Shown piece after piece: positions 26,244 through 36,113 of a stretch of DNA of 64,000 nt; position 1 is the stretch's first letter, and each line of letters opens with the position of its first letter. Below the pieces are notes generated by a model. The model ran no database searches and was not told where the DNA came from. It saw only the letters and a list, made by a program, of their open reading frames with translations. A program made the position numbers and the translations under genes. Source of the DNA: Candidatus Aenigmatarchaeota archaeon (GTDB lineage: Archaea > Aenigmatarchaeota > Aenigmatarchaeia > CG10238-14 > SpSt-28). Location of the stretch: contig JAWAZZ010000002.1 in the NCBI GenBank assembly GCA_038997305.1, positions 8,217-72,216 of the forward strand. The letters are read 5' to 3'.

Positions 26244-26516
26244 TTAGTAAAACTCTCTTATGAAATCTTTGATGAATTCAATTAATTTCTCACCCTTTTT
26301 GGTAAGTCTTATTACTTTACTTCTTCCTGTTTTTTCGAATTCTATTATATCCATTTCGTAGAGCATTTTTAACATGTTTAATGTATGGGAATATGTTGTT
26401 TGAGTTTTTCTGTAAATTTGTGTTATATTCTTTTCTTTTAGATCAGAAAGTACTAAAAGCAATTTGAATGGCTTTTCCTTAAATAAGAAATTTATAATGG
26501 ATTTTTTAGTTGACAT
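26244..26516 (-). CDS. Small wHTH transcriptional regulator (90 aa)
   Basis: ArsR/TrmB-like wHTH features (ITQIYRKTQTTYSHTLNMLKMLYEMDIIEFEKTGRSKVIRLTKKG). The 5' portion overlaps the Bud32 gene by 11 nt. Confidence 0.5.
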   Translation of the reverse strand: MSTKKSIINFLFKEKPFKLLLVLSDLKEKNITQIYRKTQTTYSHTLNMLKMLYEMDIIEFEKTGRSKVIRLTKKGEKLIEFIKDFIREFY

Positions 26517-27111
26517 CTCTAATTACATATCTACCTCTTTGTAGTATTTTTTTCATTCTCTCCATAACTTTTTCTCCATCTTCATAAACCCTTTTATAAG
26601 AATCAAAAAACGTTTTGATAAACACCTCCGTTAGCTGTGGATAAGAAGATTTGATAGAGTAGAGAAGAGTTAATAGATCTTCCGCTTTTTTCTCCAACGA
26701 AGTAGTAAATTCTCCTAAGCCAAAATCTATTAACCAAATTCTGTTTTCATCATCTACAAGTAAGTTCGAAAGAGTCAAATCCCCATGAACAATATTATTT
26801 TTATGCAACAAACCAATAATTTTTCCTAATTCAGTAGAAAAAAATTCATAATTGTTTTCATTCAAAACATCTTTTAACTTTCTACCATCGATATATTCCA
26901 TCGAAAACCAGAAATCACTTTCTTCTATAACTTTTGGAACGTTTATTCCTATTCTTCTAACTTCTTTTAATAATTTAATTTCTTTCTTATTTCTATCTTT
27001 TCTAATCTTTTCATCTAACTCTTTAATTCTATATTTTTTTTCAACCCTTCTTTTAATTATTATTTCATCAATTCTTTCAATTATTGCTTCAGCACCTTGA
27101 TATATTATCAT
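26506..27111 (-). CDS. bud32: Bud32/Kae1-associated RIO-type kinase (KEOPS subunit)
   Basis: Catalytic loop HGDLTLSNLLV and IDFGLG metal-binding motif. Short length of 201 aa, typical of archaeal Bud32. Confidence 0.7.
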   Translation of the reverse strand: MIIYQGAEAIIERIDEIIIKRRVEKKYRIKELDEKIRKDRNKKEIKLLKEVRRIGINVPKVIEESDFWFSMEYIDGRKLKDVLNENNYEFFSTELGKIIGLLHKNNIVHGDLTLSNLLVDDENRIWLIDFGLGEFTTSLEKKAEDLLTLLYSIKSSYPQLTEVFIKTFFDSYKRVYEDGEKVMERMKKILQRGRYVIRDVN

Positions 27112-28061
27112 TATTTTTCTTCGTGATCTTCAATTCCTTTTTCAGTAATTTTAAAAACAACTTCTCTTTCAGGTAAATTTGGTGCATCAATCAATCTAGC
27201 AATTCTCAAATTTCCTTTAGATTTTCTAAGATAAATTCTATAAAAGCTTATATGAGCTAACACATGCCCACCAACAGGTTGAGTGGGATCTCCAAATATT
27301 ACATCAGGTCTCGCCATAACTTGATTAGTAATATATACAGCAAGATTGAACGCATCTGCTAATCTTTGAAGTTGATGCAGGTGTTTATTTAATTTTTGTT
27401 GTCTTTCTGCCAATTCTCCTCTACCTATATAATCAACTCTAAAATGTGAAGTTATAGAATCAACAACTATTAATCCAATATTTTTTTCTTTTATTAAATC
27501 TACAGCTTTTTCAACTAAGAGAATTTGATGATCGCTATTATACGCTCTTGCTACATAAATGTTTTTTAATATTTTATCTGCATCTAATCCTCTATTTTTT
27601 GCTATTTCAGCTATTCTTTCTGGGCTAAACGTCCCTTCACTATCTATAAACAAACAACTTCTACCTAGACCACCTTGATCTTCTGGCAATTGTACATTAA
27701 TAGCTAATTGAAATGCTAGTTGTGTTTTTCCGCTTCCAAACATTCCAAAAGCTTCTGTTATTGCTTGTGTAGGTATTCCTCCACCTAACAATTCATCCAA
27801 AGCTTTTGAACCAGTGGTAATTTTTTTCATTTTCATTCTTCTTTCGAGAACTTTGTCAGCGGTTTCAACTTTTATTCCTAACGCATCTCTAACATTTTCA
27901 ATAATTTTTCTTGCCTGATCCTCTCCAATTTCGAGCAAAGCAGCTAATTCAGTAGGATTGCTAGTAGCTATAATCATAGGATCTTTAATTCCTAATTCTT
28001 CTAACTTTTTAAGAGTTTTTGGGCCGATACCTTTAATATCTTTTAAACTTATCTCTTCCAT
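27111..28061 (-). CDS. radA: DNA repair and recombination protein RadA
   Basis: N-terminal HhH domain ([20 protein letters not shown]), Walker [13 protein letters not shown] and RecA-fold core. Length 316 aa. Confidence 0.9.
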   Translation of the reverse strand: MEEISLKDIKGIGPKTLKKLEELGIKDPMIIATSNPTELAALLEIGEDQARKIIENVRDALGIKVETADKVLERRMKMKKITTGSKALDELLGGGIPTQAITEAFGMFGSGKTQLAFQLAINVQLPEDQGGLGRSCLFIDSEGTFSPERIAEIAKNRGLDADKILKNIYVARAYNSDHQILLVEKAVDLIKEKNIGLIVVDSITSHFRVDYIGRGELAERQQKLNKHLHQLQRLADAFNLAVYITNQVMARPDVIFGDPTQPVGGHVLAHISFYRIYLRKSKGNLRIARLIDAPNLPEREVVFKITEKGIEDHEEK

Positions 28062-28077
28062 AATACTAATAACTTCA

Positions 28078-29079
28078 CTATGTTTTTATTTTTTCGATTA
28101 ATCTATCTATTTCTTCATTTAACTCTACATTTTCAACCTCATTTATTACTAATTCAATTGCGTTTAAAAATTTGTTTTTTCTTGCTCTACCTTTTATTAG
28201 TAAGAGTTTTCCGACAAGCATTTGGTTAAGATAATCTTTTACATTGTCTAACTTTTCTAGAACATCTACTTTGCTTTCTATAATTTTTTCTGCGACATCT
28301 CTAAAGGCCACAGCCAAAAAATTATGAGAAAATGTGTTTATCTCCAATCTTAAATATAAGGAGTTTTTGGGTTCTATTTCGCCGTGAATGTCGCATATAA
28401 ATTTTTCTTCTTTCTTTCTAACTCTGTTAGAACATATTGGACAAACTTTAAAGAAAAAATTTTTTCCAAAAACTCTAGTTATAATTCCTATAGTTTCGTA
28501 ATACCCGAGAGAGTTTAAAGGTCCTTCTAATCTTCTGTATTTCTCTTTTGAAAAAAGTTCCATTAAAGAATCTATAGGAGGCAAGTCATCCTTTTCATCA
28601 AATTCTATTGTAGTGTTTTTATCAGCGATGATATCTATTTCACCAAATATATTTTCTCTTGTTCTTGCATTATAAATTTTTAATATATCACCTTCTTTTA
28701 TTTTCATTTCTTCAGCTTCTTGTGCGTATTCATTCCAAAAAACTAGTCTTGCATAATCCGTATTATCAGCAACAAGAAGAACTTTTAAAAAACCTTTTTC
28801 TCCATCTTTTCTCTCAAATTCTTTTAAAGGAAAAGTTTTAAAAACTTTAACTCTTACGTTAACATTTCTCATTCCGCTAACCAATTCACTAAGTGGCGTA
28901 AATGTTTTAATATTTCTTATATCTAATCCATAATCTCTTGCGACTAAAATTGCAGCACCTTCCTCACTTATCAATCCACTAAATTCAAACAGTTTTTGTT
29001 TAATCTCTTCCCTTATTTTTTCTTCTGGTACTTTAAATTTCTCTTTTATAATTTTAATAATTTCTTCAACCTTTCCCAT
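28078..29079 (-). CDS. rpa: Replication protein A (RPA)-like ssDNA-binding protein with a zinc ribbon
   Basis: N-terminal helical region ([16 protein letters not shown]), then an OB fold with the RPA-typical segment [25 protein letters not shown]...GDILKI. A second OB region carries C-x2-C-x12-C-x2-H ([20 protein letters not shown]). Confidence 0.65.
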   Translation of the reverse strand: MGKVEEIIKIIKEKFKVPEEKIREEIKQKLFEFSGLISEEGAAILVARDYGLDIRNIKTFTPLSELVSGMRNVNVRVKVFKTFPLKEFERKDGEKGFLKVLLVADNTDYARLVFWNEYAQEAEEMKIKEGDILKIYNARTRENIFGEIDIIADKNTTIEFDEKDDLPPIDSLMELFSKEKYRRLEGPLNSLGYYETIGIITRVFGKNFFFKVCPICSNRVRKKEEKFICDIHGEIEPKNSLYLRLEINTFSHNFLAVAFRDVAEKIIESKVDVLEKLDNVKDYLNQMLVGKLLLIKGRARKNKFLNAIELVINEVENVELNEEIDRLIEKIKT

Positions 29080-30118
29080 AATTAAAGAGCAATTTATATA
29101 ATTTTAGATACTCTTTAGCTGCATTATTCCAATCAAATTTTGACAACTCTTTTTTCTTCTCTTCTAGCAAGTCTTTATAAAGCTTTTTGTTTTTCCAAAT
29201 CTCTAAAATTTTAGTGATTGCATCGTTTAGATTTTCACATTCTACACTAAGCGCTTTAATTTCTTTTGGTATGTCAGAAAATTTAAATGTTATCGCAAGT
29301 GTATTACAACTTAATGCTTCTAATATTGGTAGACCAAACCCCTCTACTATAGAAGGAAAAATTAAAAAATGAGATTTGGAATATATTTCTATCAATTTTT
29401 TATCGTCGACTTTATCTAAGATTACTATATCCTTCTCACCCCTTAAATTACTTAAATCGAAGTTAGTATAATAGACAGATTTTAACTTACCACCAACAAT
29501 AAAAAGTTTGCATTTAGTTTTCTTTTTTAATTCTCTATATAATTTTATTGCTAAATCAACTCTTTTTCTAAAAGAATAATTGCCAACAAAACACAAAGTA
29601 AGATTTTTTTCTTTTTTGACTATTTGTTTAAATTTTTTTCTATCTATTCCTTCTAGTATAATTTTTGCATCATATCTTTTAAAAACCTTTTCAATTTGTT
29701 GCTTTGTTAACGAGCTATTGGCTACTATAATTTTTGCTCTCGAAGCAAGCTTCCAGATAATATATGAAAGTAGATATACAAGAAAACCAGCCTTAAATTT
29801 TAGTTTTTTCCAATAAAGTATTGGGAACAAGTCATGAAAAGTAACTATAGTTTTATTTTTATAAAAAATACTTGCCAAGAAACCAAGTTCTGGAGAAACA
29901 GCATGTATGACATCTACTTTTTTACCTTTAATCAAAGTTAAAAAGTTAGAATAAAATAAACTGTATATAAATCCTAAAAATCCTTTGTGAAATTTTTTTC
30001 TGAAGACCAAATCTATTTCAACATCGTTTTTTAATCTTGAATAAAGCTCATATGCGTATCTTGCTAAACCTTTGGTTTCTTTTATAGAGAATTCTGGGGA
30101 TATCAACAAGACTTTCAT
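29066..30118 (-). CDS. GT4-family glycosyltransferase
   Basis: C-terminal EX7E-type region SIVEGFGLPILEALSCNTLAI. Rossmann-like GT-B layout. Confidence 0.7.
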   Translation of the reverse strand: MKVLLISPEFSIKETKGLARYAYELYSRLKNDVEIDLVFRKKFHKGFLGFIYSLFYSNFLTLIKGKKVDVIHAVSPELGFLASIFYKNKTIVTFHDLFPILYWKKLKFKAGFLVYLLSYIIWKLASRAKIIVANSSLTKQQIEKVFKRYDAKIILEGIDRKKFKQIVKKEKNLTLCFVGNYSFRKRVDLAIKLYRELKKKTKCKLFIVGGKLKSVYYTNFDLSNLRGEKDIVILDKVDDKKLIEIYSKSHFLIFPSIVEGFGLPILEALSCNTLAITFKFSDIPKEIKALSVECENLNDAITKILEIWKNKKLYKDLLEEKKKELSKFDWNNAAKEYLKLYKLLFNYGKG

Positions 30119-30333
30119 TCTAGATTTAGTTTTTTGATAGCGAGTTTTATATCTTCTTTGAATATAGTGTTTCTTTTGGCGTGTTTAGCAATTTCGTTCG
30201 CAACTTTTAGTATATTGCTAACTTTTTCTTGTAAGATTTCAGATAGTTCTTTAGCAGCTTCATAAGAAATTCTTTCTATTCCTAATTCTTTTGAAACTTT
30301 TTTGAAGTAGTTTATACTGAATATTTTTTTCAT
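30115..30333 (-). CDS. Archaeal histone (histone-fold protein, HMf-like)
   Basis: GIERISYEAAKELSEILQEKVSNILKVANEIAKHAKRNTIFKEDIKLAIKKL aligns with the HMfB consensus (ERVSDDARIALAKVLEE...AKHAGRKTIKAEDIELA). Length 72 aa. Confidence 0.75.
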   Translation of the reverse strand: MKKIFSINYFKKVSKELGIERISYEAAKELSEILQEKVSNILKVANEIAKHAKRNTIFKEDIKLAIKKLNLE

Positions 30334-30394
30334 AATATCTACAGTTTTTTGAAGAAATTTATAAATATGAAAATAGACAAAAGCAATTTGTATT

Positions 30395-30973
30395 ATGGCA
30401 AATATAAGTGAGTTATTAGTTTTAATAGTTTTGAGTTCTTTAACTATTTTGCCCTTAATGTTTTCTTCTAAAAATTATCAGCTTGTTGGAGACTTTCAGA
30501 AAATAGGAGCTTTGCCAGAGATTACTTCTTCATCTAGTGATGAATTTTCTAAAGTCTCTAGAAATCTTTCACCAGAAATTTGTAAAGAAAGAGTATCTAA
30601 TGCTGGTGCTACTATAGAGATTTCTGTCAACAATTTAGAAAATAATATTGTCGCTGAAATAACTCGTGTAACATCTAATAATAAGGTTTATGCAAGGATT
30701 TCTTCCAAGGAAAGTGTTTATTCTGTTGTAACTAATAATATAACTTGCGAACTAATTTCGGGCAACGAAAAAGAAATATTGTCTTTAACTTCTTCTAAAG
30801 GAAGATTAACCATGGGATATGTTAATGGAAGTTACTTTGAAGAAACATATGGAATGGCTAGTAAGTTAGATTACTTAGTAAGATATTGTAGGAAGGAATT
30901 AAATAACACAAAGGAGCTCATAATCTCAATAATTAATACCTCTAGCTGTTTGAGTGGTAAGTTTAATATCTAA
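30395..30973 (+). CDS. Hypothetical secreted or membrane-anchored protein (N-terminal hydrophobic segment, Ser/Thr-rich)
   Basis: Hydrophobic N-terminus LLVLIVLSSLTILPLMF. No recognisable domain. Confidence 0.3.
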   Translation: MANISELLVLIVLSSLTILPLMFSSKNYQLVGDFQKIGALPEITSSSSDEFSKVSRNLSPEICKERVSNAGATIEISVNNLENNIVAEITRVTSNNKVYARISSKESVYSVVTNNITCELISGNEKEILSLTSSKGRLTMGYVNGSYFEETYGMASKLDYLVRYCRKELNNTKELIISIINTSSCLSGKFNI

Positions 30974-31010
30974 AAAATAAATTTATATATTTTGGTTGAA
31001 TTATAATTCT

Positions 31011-31388
31011 ATGGCACCAAAATATGTAAAATTTGACGTACCAGAAGAAATACAGGAAAAAGTACTGAGATTAGTAGAGACAGCAAGAACTACAGGAAAA
31101 ATTAAAAAAGGAACCAATGAAGTTACAAAAGCTGTAGAAAGAGGTCAGGCCAAACTTGTAATAATAGCTATGAATGTAGATCCAGAAGAAATCGTAATGC
31201 ATTTACCACTATTATGCGAAGAGAAAAAAGTACCATACATATATGTAAAGAACAAAGAAGATTTGGGTAAAGCTGCAGGCATACAAGTATCTGCAGCAAG
31301 TGCATGTATAATTGAAGTTGGTGAGGGAAAGAAATTATTTGATGAAATTATAAATTGGATTAAGAACAATACACCACAGAAATTTTAA
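31011..31388 (+). CDS. rpl7ae: 50S ribosomal protein L7Ae (K-turn binding)
   Basis: [46 protein letters not shown] is an L7Ae signature. Start set at the ATG at 31011 ([11 protein letters not shown]) rather than the TTG at 30996. A-rich TATA-like box at about 30974-30992. Confidence 0.85.
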   Translation: MAPKYVKFDVPEEIQEKVLRLVETARTTGKIKKGTNEVTKAVERGQAKLVIIAMNVDPEEIVMHLPLLCEEKKVPYIYVKNKEDLGKAAGIQVSAASACIIEVGEGKKLFDEIINWIKNNTPQKF

Positions 31389-31400
31389 TTAACATAAAAC

Positions 31401-31607
31401 ATGGCTGAATTACATCCTGCAGAAGTAATAGAAATAATTGGAAGGGCAAGCTCTAAGGGAGTTACTCAAGTAAAATGTAGAGTATTAGAAGGAAAGGAAA
31501 AGGGTTCTATAGTTATAAGAAATGTTAGCGGACCTGTAAGAGTTGGAGACATATTACTTCTAAAGGAAGTTGAAATGGAAAGTGAAGAGAAAATTGAAGA
31601 AAGATGA
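31401..31607 (+). CDS. rps28e: 30S ribosomal protein S28e
   Basis: [48 protein letters not shown] matches the eS28 consensus. Confidence 0.85.
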   Translation: MAELHPAEVIEIIGRASSKGVTQVKCRVLEGKEKGSIVIRNVSGPVRVGDILLLKEVEMESEEKIEER

Positions 31608-31780
31608 TTTGTAACTATTGCAATAGGGAAATTAAAAAAGGAACTGGAAAAATGTATGTAACATCAGTGGGAAAAGTCTATTTATTTTGCTCTTCTAAAT
31701 GTGAAAAATATTTTCTGATGGGAAGAAAATTAAAATCTCATAAATGGTTAAAAGATGAAATTAAAGCTAGAAGTAGATAG
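31604..31780 (+). CDS. rpl24e: 50S ribosomal protein L24e
   Basis: Hand-translated 58-aa ORF missing from the track: [58 protein letters not shown]. Has the CxxC...FCSSKC zinc motif. Its start overlaps the S28e stop (ATGA). Confidence 0.8.
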   Translation: MICNYCNREIKKGTGKMYVTSVGKVYLFCSSKCEKYFLMGRKLKSHKWLKDEIKARSR

Positions 31781-32777
31781 AAGAACAATAGAAAGAAGCG
31801 TTGAGATAATAGATTTTATAGGTAAAAAGAGCATAGATAATTTACTTTTTGAGTTTCTGACTAATAAAATCTATATAACAGATATATTGTTCCTAGCTTT
31901 GGATAAGTTAAATAGAGACGATAAAATAATTTCTAAAGTAGATGAGATAGAGAAGAATGATTTTTTAGATGAAAACTATAAAAACGAATTAATAAAGTAT
32001 TTAGAGAAGAAAATCTCTGAGTTAGGAAACAAACCATTTTTTACTTCTTTAGAAATTTCTAAATTTTACCAATGTCAAAGAAGATTCTTTTTAGAAAAAG
32101 TTGTTCATTCTAAACAGAAAAAATCTGAAAAAAGCTATAAAGGAGAAGTATTTCATAAATCCATTAGCAATTTTATTAGAAACTATAATAAGTATGTAGA
32201 TAATATAGAAGTTTTAGCTTCGATGGTTACGGAGGATGTTATGAAAGAATATGAGAGAAAAGTAAAAGTAGACAAATCAGAAGTATTAAAATATCTTTAT
32301 CAGATAGACTCCTTTATAAGAAAGCAAAACTTCAAGTATATAATTTCTGAACCAATACTAATTTCAATAAAATATGGAATAGTTGGCACACCAGATATAA
32401 TAGGAATAACAAGAGATAATGAAATTATTCCTTTTGAGATAAAAACAAAAACTAACAGAATTAAAGAAGGATTAAAAATTCAGATAGTTGGAGAAGCGTT
32501 TGTAACTGAGGTTTGTTTTAGAAAAGAAGTTAATAAATCATTTCTTTTAAGTCTTCAGAACGAAAAAACATTTGAAATAAATATTACAGAATCTGACAAA
32601 AAGCAGATACAAAACTTATTGAATATGATGAAAAAAGTTTTGCTAAGTATGAGAATTCCGCCTATGAGCAATTTACCTAACTTCAGAAAAACAGTATGCC
32701 CATATTGTCATGTAAAGGAAACTTGTGATTTTATAGAGGAACTAAAAAGAGGTTTACTAAAGCAGAAAGGTTCTTAA
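31755..32777 (+). CDS. Cas4-like/RecB-family PD-(D/E)xK nuclease with Fe-S cluster cysteines (standalone)
   Basis: N-terminal Cys motif SLEISKFYQCQRRFFLEK (compare Cas4 Y..CPRRFYL). Core GTPDIIG...IPFEIKT (D...ExK). C-terminal TVCPYCHVKETCDF (C-x2-C-x5-C), giving the four-Cys Cas4/AddB-type cluster. Extra roughly 90-aa N-terminal domain. Overlaps the L24e end by 26 nt. Confidence 0.6.
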   Translation: MKLKLEVDRRTIERSVEIIDFIGKKSIDNLLFEFLTNKIYITDILFLALDKLNRDDKIISKVDEIEKNDFLDENYKNELIKYLEKKISELGNKPFFTSLEISKFYQCQRRFFLEKVVHSKQKKSEKSYKGEVFHKSISNFIRNYNKYVDNIEVLASMVTEDVMKEYERKVKVDKSEVLKYLYQIDSFIRKQNFKYIISEPILISIKYGIVGTPDIIGITRDNEIIPFEIKTKTNRIKEGLKIQIVGEAFVTEVCFRKEVNKSFLLSLQNEKTFEINITESDKKQIQNLLNMMKKVLLSMRIPPMSNLPNFRKTVCPYCHVKETCDFIEELKRGLLKQKGS

Positions 32778-32795
32778 AATCGAATATTAAACTAA

Positions 32796-32881
32796 TGCGG
32801 GGGGTGGGATTTGAACCCACGACGGCACTAAGCCACTGGGACCTCAACCCAGCGCCCTTGTCCAGGCTAGGCGACCCCCGC
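32796..32881 (-). tRNA. tRNA-Leu (anticodon GAG), class II with long variable arm
   Basis: Reverse complement has a GCGGGGG/CCCCCGC acceptor stem, anticodon loop TTGAGGT, variable arm TGGCTTAGTGCCGTC, TTCAAAT T-loop and discriminator A. Confidence 0.8.
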
Positions 32882-32913
32882 ATAAACTATATAAAGAAAT
32901 TTAACTAATTTTT

Positions 32914-34032
32914 ATGACGATAGAATATATACTAACATTCGCGATAATATTGATAATATCAATATTTTTGTATCTAGATCGAAAAAATTTAGAAATTAGA
33001 GGAATAATTATCTTGAGAAGAACGAAAAAGTTCAATAAATTTTTTGATTCTATTTCTAATAAATACAGGAAATTACTTGATTATTTGGGTTATATATCTA
33101 TAGCTTCTGCTTTTATATCAGTCGGAATATTTTTCTATTACACCATCACAGAATTATTTAAGCCACCAAAAAACATAGCTCCCATACAAGTGGTTTTGCC
33201 TTCTGTGCCAGGTTTGTGTTCTAGCGGTTTTGTTCTTTGTGTACCCCCATACTTTTGGTTTTTGATTATACCTCTAATAGCAATTTTTCACGAAGCTATG
33301 CATGCCATTTATGCAAGACTATCTAATCTTAAAATAAAGTCAGTGGGTTACGCGTTTTTATTAGTTTTGCCAGCTTTTTTTGTAGAGATAGATGAGAAAA
33401 AACTCAAAAGAGTAAAAACATTAGATAAATTAAAGATTTTTTCTGCCGGTTCTTTTGGAAACTTTATATTAGCTTTTATAGGTTTTATATTTTTGTTCGT
33501 TGTTTCTAGAGCTTTCGATTTAATGTACGAGCCAAGCGGTTTAATTTTCGATGTGATAAATAACTCACCTGCATATTATGCAAATCTTTCTGGTATTTTG
33601 ATTGGTATAAACGATAATGAAATAAAAACTATATCAGATTTAGAAAAAATAAAGAAAGATCTTCAACCAAATCAAACAATAAAGGTAATAACTACAGAAG
33701 GAATTTATAATATTACGCTAACAGAAAACAAAACCATAGGAATAATTATAAAAGAAGTTTATTATAAGGGTAAAAACCAGTTTTTTGAATCTAATAAGGA
33801 AACAATTTTGCTTATATTTTCTTTAGTAAGAGAATTTTTATTCTGGCTAATACTCTTGAATTTTGGTATAGGAATGTTTAATCTTTTACCAATAAAACCT
33901 CTTGATGGTGGTTTGTTTTTTGAAGAAATATTCAGTAAACTAAAACATGGAGATAAATTATATGCAACACTTTCAATACTAACTATAGTTCTTATTATAC
34001 TTTTGTTCCTGAAAACATTTATAAGATTTTAG
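32914..34032 (+). CDS. M50-family site-2 protease (RseP/S2P-like intramembrane metalloprotease) with an internal PDZ-like region
   Basis: HExxH in a TM segment (IAIFHEAMHAIYA) and the downstream NLLPIKPLDGG motif. Multiple TM helices. Confidence 0.6.
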   Translation: MTIEYILTFAIILIISIFLYLDRKNLEIRGIIILRRTKKFNKFFDSISNKYRKLLDYLGYISIASAFISVGIFFYYTITELFKPPKNIAPIQVVLPSVPGLCSSGFVLCVPPYFWFLIIPLIAIFHEAMHAIYARLSNLKIKSVGYAFLLVLPAFFVEIDEKKLKRVKTLDKLKIFSAGSFGNFILAFIGFIFLFVVSRAFDLMYEPSGLIFDVINNSPAYYANLSGILIGINDNEIKTISDLEKIKKDLQPNQTIKVITTEGIYNITLTENKTIGIIIKEVYYKGKNQFFESNKETILLIFSLVREFLFWLILLNFGIGMFNLLPIKPLDGGLFFEEIFSKLKHGDKLYATLSILTIVLIILLFLKTFIRF

Positions 34033-34592
34033 GAAGCTATTTTATCTTTTCTCTCTATTTTTATAATTTCAAAGAATTTGGGTATCGCAATTTTTTTGAC
34101 TTCTTTTTCTATTTTCTTTAGAACATTGTTTTTAAGTATCATATCTTCTATAATTTCTTTTAGTGTCATCTGAGATAAAAGCTTTATCGTATTTTCTTCA
34201 ACAATTTTTCTGATGGTTTTCTCTTGCTTTCCTCTGAGTCTTCTAAAAGTAAGTATATATTTTACTCTTAATAGTGCATTATCTTTTGTTTTTACGTTTA
34301 CATACACGTTCATCCTCTTTATTCCTACATATACATGGCTTTGAATGTATTCTCTTAAACTCTCTATTCCATCAAATCTACTATGAGCTATTCCATTGTC
34401 TACTTTAGTAATTCTAAACCAGACTTTATAATGATATTTGTTAGATTGAGTTACTTCTGTTAGATTTAAACAAAACCTTCTGTTAACTAAATAGGAATAA
34501 TCGCTACAAAAGGTATCTGATATCTCTTTGTTTCCAAATTCTTCACTTGCTAACAACTTGACTCTGAATAATTGTTTTTTTGTCTTAGCCAT
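34029..34592 (-). CDS. rps3ae: 30S ribosomal protein S3Ae (eS1)
   Basis: LLRVKYILTFRRLRGKQEKTIRKIVEE parallels the S3Ae segment [27 protein letters not shown]. Size and basic N-terminus fit. Confidence 0.75.
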   Translation of the reverse strand: MAKTKKQLFRVKLLASEEFGNKEISDTFCSDYSYLVNRRFCLNLTEVTQSNKYHYKVWFRITKVDNGIAHSRFDGIESLREYIQSHVYVGIKRMNVYVNVKTKDNALLRVKYILTFRRLRGKQEKTIRKIVEENTIKLLSQMTLKEIIEDMILKNNVLKKIEKEVKKIAIPKFFEIIKIERKDKIAS

Positions 34593-35002
34593 TATTTAGA
34601 GTATTTTTGTACTAATATTTTAGCTTCTTCAGGATCGTATTTCCAATCAGCAGGTAACTTTCCAACTCTCTTATAGTAACTTTCCAACCTTTTTATTCTA
34701 GATTCTATTAGAATTAAACCTCTTCTCGAATGTTCATCTTTCCTATGAATTTCTAAGTGCTTTCTCAATCTTACCGCTCTTTTAAGTAAGTTTAACAAAT
34801 CTTCGGGTATTTCATATCTTATTCCATTTTCTTCTAAAATTTTTAATATTGGTTTTCCTGTTATTTCTTTTACGCTAGGTATTCCATATGAGTCTCTTAA
34901 AATTAATCCGATCATAGATGGCATGTAACCTTCTTTAGCTAATTTGACAACTAAATTTTCCACTTCTTTTTTTGAATATTTGACCTTTACTTTCATAATC
35001 AC
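34592..35002 (-). CDS. rps15: 30S ribosomal protein S15 (uS15; S13e type)
   Basis: C-terminal S15 fold with [29 protein letters not shown]. Length 136 aa, typical of the archaeal form. Confidence 0.85.
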   Translation of the reverse strand: MIMKVKVKYSKKEVENLVVKLAKEGYMPSMIGLILRDSYGIPSVKEITGKPILKILEENGIRYEIPEDLLNLLKRAVRLRKHLEIHRKDEHSRRGLILIESRIKRLESYYKRVGKLPADWKYDPEEAKILVQKYSK

Positions 35003-35025
35003 AATTATTTAATATTATAAAGTAT

Positions 35026-35229
35026 TTATTTTTTTGAAATTTCCCTTAAAAATATAGTTAAAATTAGTATGAATATAGAAAAGAAAATAACAGCAGAATT
35101 AATAGATATTAACCAAAAAGAAATAGATTTAGAAAAAGGCGAAATTAGTATTCCTAGTACTATCAATAGTGCTGAGAATATTATTACATAGGTTGTGATT
35201 CTTTCTAGTAATGTTAATTTTTCTTTCAT
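35026..35229 (-). CDS. Hypothetical 67-aa two-TM membrane peptide
   Basis: Two hydrophobic helices and nothing else. Could be spurious. Confidence 0.25.
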   Translation of the reverse strand: MKEKLTLLERITTYVIIFSALLIVLGILISPFSKSISFWLISINSAVIFFSIFILILTIFLREISKK

Positions 35230-35415
35230 AAATTTTAAATAGGAAAACCATAAATTATAATATTATGGGAAAGAAAAAGAAAGAATGATAAGAAATATCA
35301 CAACAAAGCAAATTTTCATGTTTTTAAGAGAATGAAAAGAAAAAAATTTTTGCTCCTTTTTCTTTCATTTTTTAATGTTCCTTATAATTATATTTGCTAT
35401 ACTTGAAACTTTTAT

Positions 35416-35505
35416 CGCCCCGGCCGGGATTCGAACCCGGGTCTGCGGCGTTCTGTTGGATTAACATTGACAGGCCGCCATCCTAGACCACTAGACGACC
35501 GGGGC
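35416..35505 (-). tRNA. tRNA-Asp (anticodon GTC) with an intron of about 17 nt at a non-canonical position near 38/39
   Basis: Reverse complement has a GCCCCGG/CCGGGGC acceptor stem, anticodon stem GCGGC/GCCGC and loop CTGTCAA, a 17-nt insert TGTTAATCCAACAGAAC before the 3' half of the stem, TTCGAAT T-loop and discriminator G. Confidence 0.65.
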
Positions 35506-35558
35506 ACGGCACAATTATAAATATTATATATTTTCGATAAGCTATAAAAAATAAAAAT

Positions 35559-35960
35559 ATGAGAGGCTCATATATTCTAATTTTAAGATTAGAGAAAGAC
35601 GAAAAAATAGCGGTAGGTAAGTTAGGAGAGATTGAATTTAAAAAAGGATATTATTGCTATGTTGGCAGTGCTAATGGAAAAAATTTAGAAATCGAAGATA
35701 GAATAAGAAGATATTTTAAACTTAATTTAGAAAAGAAGGGCAATCTGAAGTGGCACATAGATTACCTTCTTGTAAATCCTAATGTTAAAATAATAGATAT
35801 TATAAAGACAAAACTAGAAGAGTGCAAATTAGCTAGAAAAGTTGAGAATGCATGTATCGAAAGTATACCAGGTTTTGGAAATAGTGATTGTGATTGTGAA
35901 TCTCATTTATTTTTTCACTATATAAATCCAAAAATAAAGCTTCTAAAAATTTTGAAGTAA
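35559..35960 (+). CDS. DUF123-like archaeal protein (GIY-YIG-like fold predicted), Cys-rich C-terminus
   Basis: Pattern YILILRL...VGKLGEIEFKKGYYCYVGSANG...WHIDYLL resembles the DUF123 family. C-terminal CxC...C cluster (NSDCDCESH). Confidence 0.35.
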   Translation: MRGSYILILRLEKDEKIAVGKLGEIEFKKGYYCYVGSANGKNLEIEDRIRRYFKLNLEKKGNLKWHIDYLLVNPNVKIIDIIKTKLEECKLARKVENACIESIPGFGNSDCDCESHLFFHYINPKIKLLKILK

Positions 35961-36089
35961 TTGTGGGTGGCGACGCACTCCCTTTCCCGCCACATGCGTG
36001 GCAGTACTCGGGAGTACGCTGGCCGGTTTCACTTCCGTGTTCGGTATGGGTACGGGTGGTTCCCGGCCGCTTTGGTCGCCACCCACAAT
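35961..36089 (-). rRNA. rrf: 5S ribosomal RNA (standalone)
   Basis: GC-rich 129-nt island in AT-rich DNA. The reverse complement carries the universal 5S core ...CCCATACCGAACACGGAAGTGAAAC...GAGTACTGCCAC..., which matches E. coli 5S CCCATGCCGAACTCAGAAGTGAAAC. The terminal helix I is TTGTGGGTGGCGAC/GTCGCCACCCACAA. Confidence 0.85.
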
Positions 36090-36113
36090 AATAAAAAGAA
36101 AAAATAAATATTT

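Noticed and set aside
35961-36089. GC-rich structured element next to SRP54, considered as SRP (7S) RNA
   Set aside because: At 129 nt it is far too short for archaeal 7S RNA, and it carries the universal 5S loop-C/helix motifs (CCGAAC...GAAGTGAAAC) on the minus strand. Called 5S rRNA instead.
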